64,000 nt of DNA, taken from Takakia lepidozioides. Its lineage: Eukaryota > Plantae > Bryophyta. Made by a program: the position numbers and the translations under genes. The DNA lies in the NCBI GenBank assembly GCA_030704615.1, contig CM060734.1, positions 49,104,001-49,168,000 on the forward strand, written 5' to 3'. Shown here piece by piece: positions 10,601 through 21,540 of the stretch. A model generated the notes under the pieces. The model was given only the letters and a program-made list of their open reading frames with translations, did not search any database and was not told the origin of the DNA. Numbering within the stretch: position 1 is the stretch's first letter; each line of letters begins with the position of its first letter.

Positions 10601-12070
10601 AGAAAGCTACATTAATTAGGGAGACCAATAGTATTTAAGAGGCTGACTAGTAATGTGTGGAAGATAAAATTAGCTACAATTGTATATAAAATATCATTGG
10701 TCATTGCACTTATTTTTGTAAACATCAAATCCCGATAAGTTAGGGTTGCTACAATTTATATATATCTCATGTCTAATATTTGATCAGACTAAGATCTATA
10801 CGGTATGGCGCATCGTTAGTTGTTGGGTGCAATGTTCTTAACTATGATGGAAATGGATCTTCACGATTTTTTTGTTTTTTATTTTTTCTTAAAATTTCAG
10901 AGAAGAGGGGACGGTGGCCCTCAAAATTTTATTGAATGGAGAAAGTCTGAAAAACAGAATATAGCAAGGAAAAAATAACCTTGCGGGGAGCCCTGCGGCA
11001 GACCAACAATGGGATACTGCCACATAACCAGGAGTCCATGAGGTAGAGCCTAACAGAAGCTAGAGAGTTTCAGAAGCTACTATGCTTCTTTTTAGATTGA
11101 TCAAAAGAGAGATGAACCTTAGATCTGCTTCTCCTAAGACTACGCCGGTGACGCCAATTGACTTCGGGCTCTTCACCTTCAGTTGGAGAGACTCTAGCAC
11201 TATGGGAGCTCCCAGCGCGTGGGGAGGGAGTTGTTCCATGTAACCCGAAGTTAAGAGGTTTTGGTGCAGAAGAAACCACCTTTTCCCTAGGATCCGTCGA
11301 AAGCAACGAGCACTTGTTGTCTCCTTCTTTCTGTGCTTCTATGAAAAGTTGCAACCAAAACCCGCTAGGCTTACCGAGCCTATAAGAAAAAACCAGCGCA
11401 CATGAATCTGTCCATCCATGAGTCAATTTCTAAACTCTTTACATAGGGCCTCCACCTCCCAAAATGGAGAAGTGCTGCAATGCAAATGACTCTTACCAAC
11501 GTCGGCAACGATCAAAGTTTTATTTCTCTCTCTATAATGGAAATGGTTATCGAAGTGAAATGAGACAGCTTGGAAGAACATGAAGATGTGGATGAAGAAA
11601 ATTGTCAATGTCAATGATGTTGGGGAGCTTCAATTAGGAAACTAATTTTTAATTTTTTTGATGTTTTGCTTGCTGGATGTAAAGAAATGATGATTTCATG
11701 TAAGGCCCATGGCCATTACGTATGAGGCGGGGAAAAATGAATGTTCTAGATTGTGTGGAGCATGGAATGTAATAATGCGCCACCGAAGGGCGGTGGCGGT
11801 CGCCATTGCCTTGTGTGGGTGGATGGAGTGAATGTTAAACAGAAAAAAAGCATGTGTTGAGAGAGAGGAAAGGCTGGTCTTGCTCTTGTGAAGAAAGTCT
11901 GTGTGAAGAGAAGTGTTTGAATTCTCTTTTGTGTGTGGGGCTTCAATTTAGGGTTTCTGTTGACACCTATTTTGTTTTGTTTCGGGCAGGCGGGTCCCGG
12001 CCCGTGCCAACTCTATCATCAGCGCCGCCCAATCGCAAATTTCTGCCGTCGATAGCGAACGCGCAGATCT

Positions 12071-12135
12071 CGCCACGTGGAGTGAGCACGTGGGCGTCGT
12101 GGGTGGAGCCCGGTTCGAGGCGGCCACGTGGCCGC
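12071..12135. promoter_or_regulatory. G-box/ABRE cluster upstream of NF-YA
   Basis: CACGTG at 12074, 12087 and 12125, the last within the perfect palindrome GCGGCCACGTGGCCGC (12120-12135), in a GC-rich island. Confidence 0.5.
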
Positions 12136-13985
12136 GATCGGCATGCCGGCTCTGATTCGCGCACAGCCTGCAGCGGATAAGCTCTGCCCTCTCGTACTCT
12201 TTTACTCACTACAAACTTACCACTAACTTACTACTCATTGCACATAACTAACCGTCTCCACTGACTAGTAACTCACTATCCATTTTACCAACTTTATCTT
12301 ATCTTTATCCATTTTGCCATAGCATCTCTGACTAGCAAAATTCCATCCGTCCACGTCACCATCTTTCATTCATCCACCCATCAGTGCAACCATCCCCTAA
12401 TCCCACATTCCATTACATACCCGACCCCTAACTAATTGAGTAACGCGAATCCCATTATGTTAATGTCAATTGAGTCAAGGCTGCTAATCACGCGGCGGAC
12501 GAGCTAGGCGTGGTTTTGGTGCGGAGCCTCGAAGCCTAAAATAATTGTAGAAATTAACATTATCATCCTATCCGGCCGACCACAAAGGAGCGGCCGGAGC
12601 TTATCCGGAGCCCCTAAGTATAGATTGCGAATGGCTTTTTCATGGATCTTAACGTCTGTGAATTGTCAATCCTTTCTAAATAAATCCGGAGAATAACACA
12701 GAGGTCTTGAGTTCAAATCTGGCTTCCTGGGAGTGTGGTTAGCTGCACCGACCTGGTGCTGACTGTTGGGAGAGGGGTGGGTGGGAGAGGGAGAGGGAGA
12801 GGGAGAGGGATGGATGGGTTGGATGGGGATGGAGGGAATGAGGGAGGGAGTGTTGGTTAGGGTGGGGCAGGAGGGTAGTTATGGGAGGAAGGGGACAGAG
12901 AGGGGGGGCTGTTCTTGCAGTGGTGTGGGAGTGGGAGAGTAGAGAGGCTGCCACATTTAGAGAGGAATCCGGCATACGGGGCTGACTGTTTCCTTATAGG
13001 CTCCTGCCCACGAGGTGGTTATGTGTGATGTGCTTTTATTTGCAGGCTGCTAACACCCTCAGGCCTCTGGGCTGGCCTGCCTGATTTGAGAAGAGAGCTT
13101 CTGTCGCCCATTGGCTGAAGCTAAATCCAAACTAGCTTGAAGGTGCTGGCAGGGAGGGGGAGCGTTGCTTGTTGTTGTGTATGGGGGGTGACACTTTTCA
13201 AAGGAGGTAGAAAGGGAGGGAACAAAGGGAGGCATCTCAAGTCTGGTAGTAGTAGTCTGGTGGCAGTTGGGTTGGAAGAGTGGGGGCATCGGTGGACATG
13301 TTGAGGTTCAGTGACAGAAGTTATACAATAGCACCTGTGGAGGCATAGTGGGAGTAGATTTTTGGAGTGGGAGGAGGTGAGAGAGAGCTGGTGTTTCAAG
13401 GGACGGAATGGGGGTTGTGGGGAGAAGGCAGTGAGGGGAAGCAATTCATGGGTGTGTTGGAGGGTACCGGCCTGGCAAAGTGCGTCTTGTCCTGCATTGT
13501 GTGAAGTGCGAGTCCCACCCTGCGTGCTTCTTGTTGGCAAAGAGGCTGCGGGTCAATTACAGACTGTTGGGGATACTGGGATACCCAGTCAACCGTAGGC
13601 ACTTTTGAGGGTATTGCCTCTCCTCATGTGAATTCGTTAAGTGATTTGATCTCACAAAGTGAGTTTTCATTTGTGTGCGGCTTGTCTTTGCACATAGACA
13701 GAGAGAGGGAGCAATAGAAGAGAGTGTGCTGGTGTGGTCTGTATGACCATAGGGTGGAGAGGAGACTGGATACTCAGAGGACGGGCAACATGTGGTGGGG
13801 AAGAGCAGGGAAGTCGCCTCACAAGTGTAGGAAAGCAGGCAGCACATCAGGAAGGAGGAGGGACTGGTGAAGCTCAACTACTTTGATGTCGTATGACAGG
13901 CTGTGCTGTGCCCTTGTTGCATCTTTGACGAGATCGTCGAGCAGGAGGGTTGGGAGACAAAGGCTTAAGGGCAATAGGACGGAAT

Positions 13986-16118
13986 ATGCAAGCTGGTAGT
14001 GAGGAGCACACATCAGGTAGTGCGCCCGCAGCAGCGGTCTGGTGGGGAGGGTCCAGTACTGACAAGGCGGTGGTGTATGAACCCGGCTTCACTGCTCCCA
14101 TGCAGGCACCCCCTCATGCCCCTCCTGATGCCCAGTCTGCACCTCCGAGAATGCAGGGCTTGCCTTCACAACCTGGTACGTACGTCTACTGAATAGGTTT
14201 TTGGAAATTCCAGGTAGGCAAGCGCTTCATGGTACATTGTGCCTGCACTATTCAGGATTGGAGCGAGATTTTGGAAAAACCCGGGTACATGAAAGAGGGA
14301 ATTGTGTGCACATACAAATAAGTGAGGATGTGAGATGGGGTTAATTAGTTTGTTATATCAGGAATACTTTCTGTGTTCTGTTTCCCAGGTTAGAGGCTTC
14401 CTCTCAGGGGTGTGTGTATTTGCAGTAGGTAGTTGACCTGGTTGTGGAGAGTAGTTTCCAGTGTATATAGGGATGAGAATCAAGGAGTTAAAGCATTGAG
14501 GAAGGTGCCGGAAGCTATACAGGTCTTGGGGAATCATTGGAAGCTAGGGACTTTTGCAGTGCGAGCTGGACATTGCATGCAATTACCCAGTTGCAGCTTA
14601 CCTTCCTTCGACCCAGGGTGTGTCTGTGCGGGTGAGGTGCTGACATCAGGGTTCAAGATGGATTTTTGGCAGGATTTGAAGGTGGTGGGGTAGAGCAGCA
14701 GCAGCAGCAACAGCAACAGCAGCATGCGCCACCTACTATGCCTGCCCCTGGGGAATACATGCTACCCCACACCCAGCTGGAGCTTGGCCACTCCATGGTA
14801 TGTTTGCTTTTCCACATGCATGATAGTGTGTGAGCTCAGTATGTTGGATGACATGTTTCCGATGTTGATAATCCTCTCGAGTGATACAGAGATTGCTGAA
14901 GATCCAGGTGCTCCTTTGGTTTGCCTGAAGAGACTACAGGCTGTTACAGATGTTATTCTCACTCTCGTCTCTCTGTTCAGGCTCGAGCAGCCTACCCATA
15001 TGCAGATCCATATTTTGGAGGAATAGTCGCGGCATATGGTGCACAAGCTATGGTAAGTAGCTACATCCAATGTTGCTGTTGGTGTTGCCTGTATGAAATG
15101 TCTGTGATGGCAATGGTCTCCTGATCCTTGAGAAGCTTGTCAGAGGAACATTTACTGTGTAGAAGCGTGATGTGTGCTGGCAGATGTCAGAAGTTTGGGC
15201 AGCAGCTGTTTGATTTTGAAGGGCATTCTTCCTCCCCCCACTCTCGTTTTTGGCAGGTATATGGTGTCACCTTGCAGTTGGGATAAGATTGAACATGCCA
15301 GATTAGGGGATGACATGGCTGATGAGGGTGCAGATTCACCCCCACATGCTAGGTATGCAGCAAGCACGCATGCCATTGCCATCAGAGATGATGGAGGAGG
15401 AGCCTGTATATGTCAATGCAAAACAGTATCATGGGATCCTGCGCCGACGTCAGTCTCGTGCCAAGGCTGAATCTGAAAATAAGCTCATCAAGTCCCGCAA
15501 AGTATGTTGCCTGTCCTTGAGTTTCTGTTTCAGAAGGTTGGTTAGGCAGTAATTCCTTTTTCCACAAAGCTATCTGTCTCATACTACTGTGCTTGGTGTT
15601 TGAGATTTGGGGGCCTATATAGGTTGTGGACCAGTTTGTCAAACACAGCGTCTTTCCACTCCCTGTGCATGGGAAGCATGGGTAGAACAGACTCCCACTG
15701 ACATGGTGTGTGATGGCAGCCATATCTGCATGAGTCACGGCACCAACATGCTCTCAGACGAGCAAGGGGTTGTGGAGGTCGGTTTCTGAATACAAAGCCC
15801 AAGGAGGGAGAGATGAAAGGGCATGCAGATAACCACCGGTCTTGTGAGGGGCAATCGTCACAAGATGGGAATGCATCAGACTCACAAGCATCACACTCTG
15901 GGCAAGGCATGATGGGGGGTTCAGGCGAGGCGGCAGGTTATCACCCTGCTATGTTGGCACATAGTGGCAACAGTGCCTACAACAACCACCATCCTGCCCC
16001 GCCATTCCATTCTTCGGCTTTCCATCCTCTGCCCGGTGGCAGTGAGACTGGTGAAGGAGGTGCTAGTGGCAACAATATGGTGGTCAGTGACTCCCAACAA
16101 ACTGCCGTGGCCACTTAA
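13986..16118 (+). CDS. NF-YA: Nuclear factor Y subunit A (CCAAT-binding, CBF-B/HAP2)
   Basis: Exons 13986-14175, 14673-14797, 14981-15052, 15334-15501 and 15720-16118 join in frame: QLELGHSM|[14 protein letters not shown]; [35 protein letters not shown]|[26 protein letters not shown]. Includes a poly-Q (CAG/CAA) tract. Confidence 0.95.
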
Positions 16119-17980
16119 TGAGTCACGTGTATGCCTCTACAGACGAGTTGCGCCATCAGCTGCTGCTCTGCGGCTGGCATGGTGGGGTACGGTGCATGGG
16201 GTCATGTAGGATTGCACACCATGCAGTGCATGTCTGATTCAAAGGAGGAGAAGGTAGCCTAACCCTACAGCAGAGGAAGGTCTTGCGTTTTTGGTAATGT
16301 TGCAAGCATCTTTTGCATCACAGCTTCAATTATGATGGTCGAATCTCGTTTCAGAACCTCTGACAAGAAGTTAAGTTGAGGCACTGATGTTGTCCTTCGC
16401 ATAGACTGGTGTGGTACACCTGGTTCTACTCCACCCCGCATTAATTGTTAAAAGGAAGAGATGATAAAAAGAGGAAGAGCGGATGGAGGGTGGGTGGCCC
16501 TTCAGGAATCATGAATAGTGGAATGTTTGCCAGCAGACTCAAGGCATCCCAGTGGTGGGCTAGACGTAATGTCACTCAATTGTAGCTCTTCCGGACATGC
16601 CCAAGACTTTGTGTGCTTTGTGGGGCGTTAAAGTGCCCGGAAGGTTTGGCTCAGGGTTTCTTGCATTCCATTTTTTTCCAAGGCAATTGAAGCTTGGTTT
16701 GTGTGTTTTTGGTGTTGACTGAGTGTCCATGGGTTGGACTCAAGCAGGCCAGCCTCTACGCCACTCTTTTGTATGCAAAGCTGGGCAGGCGGCACTGGCA
16801 TTATACTATGGCACTGTCTGGTTTCTGTGTTGTGTTCTTTGCAGGGGGAACCCAGGTCTATTGTGTGAGCTAAGTATTTGGAGTATTGAATTTAACAGAG
16901 ACTATATATTACTGGGTTCAGGTCTGCAATACACAGTAAACTTCTAGCGCAGGAAAGGCTGGTATGCACCACCGCAGATGAAAGGAATTTGGCACCAAAA
17001 GAAGATACTGTCGCATGGACTGGGGATAGTAAGTGTAGACGTCATCTCAAGAGTCTGGCTGGTGCAAGACTGCTAAGAGTGAAGATGCTCACCACATGTG
17101 AGGAAAGCAGTAGATCCTCTGCTTTGTGCCCATTTGCTGGAGTGGAACATTTAAACAGGAAGATGAATGCTGATTGTGTTTGTAGTGTTCGCATCAAACT
17201 CTGAACTTACTGCATGAGTGGGGCACCTTGTCTCTCACTTCAATTGGTCAACTATCACTAGTTAGGAGGTGCACATCAAGACAATTGATACTACTGCTAC
17301 AATGGAAAGCTTTTATACTCTAATGTATTTTGTCCATCATCAGATTGGTGATATGCCTTGTAATTCTGATTCAATTGAGATTATGGACACTTATCCCTGC
17401 ATTCCTGTAATGGGGACGAGAGTCGCTGAGAAGAAGGGCAATCTATATGAAGACTATGTTACTGGCAACTCAATGTCATGTACTTCACTGTGTCCAAAAA
17501 ATGAAATAATGCTTTAAAGTTACTCTGGATATGTTCAACAGTAATATGTCTGCATGTCCACATTCTGGCATAAGTTGTGCAAAGGCAGCAAGACAAATAA
17601 TCGACCTCATTCCATGATCTACCAATCTACTACGGATTTTAAGGGTGTCCTTGCCAGGCTGCATCTTTATGATTTTTGGGTCATATTATGCTCCTCCAGC
17701 TGCAATGCTCCTATACAGAAACCTGTCCAGTAAGGTGGCTGCCATCCCACCCACACTTTGCCCCCTCAACACATTTGGAACCCCAAACACCATACACATG
17801 GAAATATCATTGACATGGCTTGCTTGAACTATTCTTGTCCTGCTTCTGCCTACCCTATGTTAATTTGATACACTAAATCACCTTTATATCAACCCTCACT
17901 GCGCAAACATATTCTGAAACTCTCATGTAGTTGGACTGCCTGCAATATAATCCACTCACAGAAGGTCAAGAAGTGAAGAG

Positions 17981-18668
17981 TTACACAATCGAGCCCACCT
18001 CTGGAAAACCTTGTCGGAAGTGGAACACCAAAGCATGCTTGCCATGGCGCAGTGCTGCACTCTGGCGCTTCATACAGGAAACGCACTGGGGAAAGAGTCG
18101 TTGCATGCCTGTTTCTTTTCTGATGAGCAGGCGTCTCACATGGTGCAGCAGCCCAGTGACATTTCTTGAATTTGCCTGCCTGGATATTATTATGTTCGGG
18201 GGAATGTGATCTGCAATACTGGCATGCAAATCAATCAACCAGGATCAGTGGACCTGTAATCTGATTAAAACAAACTTGCCTCTACCACCCCAACCTCGAA
18301 ACCTACACCTCCATCACATAGGAACGAGGCAACATGTGACAGATCGCACCTGTCTCCGCGGCGATTGCCGCAATGGTGACAGCCAAATAGCTTGTATAGG
18401 TCCTTGATCAATTCTCCTTCCTTCTCATTTGCATACTTGGTCCCTCTAGCTGTCGAACCATCACTGAACCCATCTGTCAGACCACCAATGTGGTAAATTT
18501 CATAGGGGGCTAGGGTAGTCTTCACCGACCTGGAATGGATGCACGTGCCAGTGCTCCTGGCCGCATCACATTGCTGGGCATCACATTCCGCCAATTGCCT
18601 CCCAGTACCTGCCCATCAATAAAAAAATTTCAGCTTTTGGGAGGCTTGCATGGCCGACTCCTAATTCA

Positions 18669-18706
<38 letters not shown>

Positions 18707-20401
18707 GCAATATAAAGAGCTAGAGAGAGAGAGAGATAGGGAGGCAACAAACCTGCTACAGGGCAGCTAATGTGCTACGCAAAAGATAAGTACAGGCAGT
18801 CACATCTCACCTTGAATGCAAGCACACCAAAGATCGCATGGAATATTGCAGACTCTCTGGAAAGAAATTCACGTTTCTCCTTTTTAGAACCATTCATGCA
18901 CAGCCTCTGAACAGAAAGGGATATCTGAATGACCACAACAACCACTGTCACTACATACACTGAAACAGACTCACACCGCTTACTGTAAGAAAGCCAATTC
19001 CTTGACAGTTCTTTGATATGATGTGCATTGTTTCCCAGGATTGGTAACATAATTCTGACCAAATATCACATGGAATTCTGCAGAGTCTCTGAAAAAAAAA
19101 TCATTCTTCTCATTTTTAGAACCATTCATGCACAGCCGCCTAACGGTAAGAATGACCACCACAACCACTGTCACTACCTACACTAAAACAAACTCACACC
19201 ACATACCATAAACTAGTCAATTCTTCGACAGTTCTTCAATATGAAAGCATACATTATCTGTGAGAAGTCCTTCACTGACATGATTTACTATGACTCTAAC
19301 ATGACTAGGGATGTAGGTTTGTATCTCAGGATGGGGAACACAATTCTGAATTAATCCTGTTGCGTCCAGGTTGGGTAACTGCAGATGAACAGAGAGAGGC
19401 TACATTCCAGGTTGATAGAGTTGGATAACAACAAACTTGACCTGCACTTGTGAGTACAAATTTTAGACCAGCACATTGCAAACCAAAGCTTTGGTCAAGT
19501 AAATTACCTAGGACCTTCGAGTTGTGCAAGAGTGCGATCCCGGTGATTTGTTCAGTTTGTGGCAGGGTTCTCAGTTTTGGCTAGAACGAAGGAAAAAGGA
19601 TGAGACAAACCTGAGCAGATGCAACTGAGGCAGCAGCCACTGCTAGGCCTCCCAGCACTGACCCTAGCACTGGTGTTGCACACGACACTCCAACTGCTTT
19701 CCCTGCTCCCTTTTACGAGATCCCAAAATGACAGACTCAATGAAGTTGTGCCTTAGAAGACCTTCCCTGTGCACACTATTATAAAGAATCAAACAGAACG
19801 AAGAGGCATTCAAGACCTCCAAACCCACTTATAGAGACAGAAAGCTACGTAAGGCAGCCAATACAGACATACCCCTAAGAAGGGGAATCGATAAAGTAAT
19901 GCCCCAAAACAGGACAATAATCAAGAGCGTGATGGCCACCAGACACCAGACACACCGAAAGACAATGTTCACAAGAAGCTCAAAAAGCTTATATGCATGG
20001 GTGAACGAGGCAGAGAGAGAGGGAGAATTCTATGTTAACAACCGCATGTCTTCCTCCGCTTAAAAGCTTCTATACAACCAACAAAACAGGGAGGAACGGG
20101 GGCAGTCACTACCATCCCCTTAAGAGCTCTAGGATTGAGAATGCCGTGCAGTAGAAAGGATTGCACAGAAACAGACAGACAGGTCAGCTGTAAGTGGGAA
20201 AAAAATCTACTCCCCTAAAAGTCTCAAAACGTTCAATATAGTAGTTGTCATCCCTCTACTTGAGAGGAGCAAGAGCAGAAGTAGTACCTGGGCGACGGTG
20301 AGGGTGGATAAGAAGGTGAGGGACGCTGCGCACGGCGGCAGAATTGAGGCCAGTAGTGCTGACTGCCATCCGTCGCCGTTGCTGTTGGATAGCTTCGTCA
20401 T
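17981..20401 (-). CDS. Uncharacterised protein: N-terminal hydrophobic helices plus C-terminal CxxC...DH...CxxC HNH-like domain
   Basis: In-frame exons 20401-20288, 19709-19611, 18924-18811, 18608-18530, 18449-18350 and 18218-~17981: ...LTFLSTLTVAQ|GAGKAVGVSCATPVLGSVLGGLAVAAAS...|VLGGNWRNVMPSNVMRPGALARASIP|ARGTKYANEKEGELIKDLYKLFGCHHCG...SIADHIPPN...QRLFPQCVSCMKRQSAAL. The last exon is uncertain. Confidence 0.8.
18828..19245. repeat. Diverged tandem duplication (~200-230 bp) of most of an exon plus flanking intron
   Basis: 18828-19025 and 19059-19245 share e.g. TTTTTAGAACCATTCATGCACAGCC and GAATGACCAC..CAACCACTGTCACTAC. Confidence 0.85.
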
Positions 20402-21420
20402 GTCAGTGCTGACTGATATCAACTCACCAGCCCACCGTCAATCCTCAGTGGATGCGATCAATTGCTGTGCTACGATCACCATATCCATGCAATGGTTGCA
20501 AGCGCAAGGACAGGGACAGACTTGATGGGCGTGCAGAGTCTAAAGTCTTAATCGCATCCGAAAGCACGAGAAACGGTTGAAGAGCGCGCCAAGAAATGCA
20601 CATGCGCTCTTCAACTTGCTGCCCTTCATTGTTATCTTGATTGCTTGTGGGCTGGATTCCAACGCTTCGATGACTATCGTTGATCAGCTGGTGATGATAT
20701 TGAAGGAGTTGACGTTCTTTGTTCTTTCTCTTTCCTGTGTAATGCGTGGCGTGATGTTGAAGCCATCTCAAAGGCCTCTCGGATTTCAAGTGTGTTGAAA
20801 CATCCGCGTTCAATTGTACAGCCAGTCAACCTTCTGTTCTCCTTTTCCGCCATCAGATTACATCGCAAAAGTGAGCGGGCAAGCACCGTTCACTTATGTG
20901 TGAGAGAGAGGGGATATCCGAATTTGTGGCCTGGATTTCTTAAAATCCCGCCAACGGCTTTCATGGTTTTAGTTGGTCAATCTTGTCTGCGCGCTCAGTA
21001 GTATTCAATTTGCATTTGCTTGTCCACGGGTTCCATCAGTTGCATTTGGATCCGAGAGGCTCGCACACCGCAGACAAGGATATGAGACTGCGATGCGAAA
21101 TAGCAAAGGCATTTTGAAGATTTGCATGTAGACCGCAGCTCATTTGGCAATCACAGACTTTCAAAATTTGTTGGAGCGTTCCACACCCGGCATCAGTTCG
21201 TCACATTGCAATGTAGGTAGAGTTCAATGATACATGCTCTGAGAATTAAACATAGATACAGCTACAATGGGAATGACCTCCGCACAGTTTATCAGTGAAC
21301 ACACGGAAGTCCTTCCCTTCGACATGGAGCAAATACACACCTACTAAGTTAGTCCAGGCACCCGAACAATCAGAACCGTATGACGTCCTTGCTGTCAACA
21401 TATCAGAAAAGACAAAGTCT

Positions 21421-21540
21421 TCGCAATCTCTCATCGGCATCCGACTTCCGCTGCCATTTCAAGGAGAGTCTACGAATACTTCGCAATCTCTCATCGGCAT
21501 CCGACTTCCTCTGCCATGTCAAGGAGAGTCTACGAATCTC
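21421..21540. repeat. 60-bp tandem repeat, 2 copies
   Basis: TCGCAATCTCTCATCGGCATCCGACTTCC.CTGCCAT.TCAAGGAGAGTCTACGAAT at 21421 and 21481. Confidence 0.9.

Noticed and set aside
8000-11620. Possible degenerate TE/LINE remnants
   Set aside because: Only short broken frames with no diagnostic motif I can support.
16681-16700. miR169 target site in the NF-YA 3'UTR (AGGCAATTGAAGCTTGGTTT)
   Set aside because: Too many mismatches, including at central positions.
18672-18740. (CT)n/(GA)n inverted microsatellites as a functional intronic hairpin
   Set aside because: Common simple repeats with no evidence of function.
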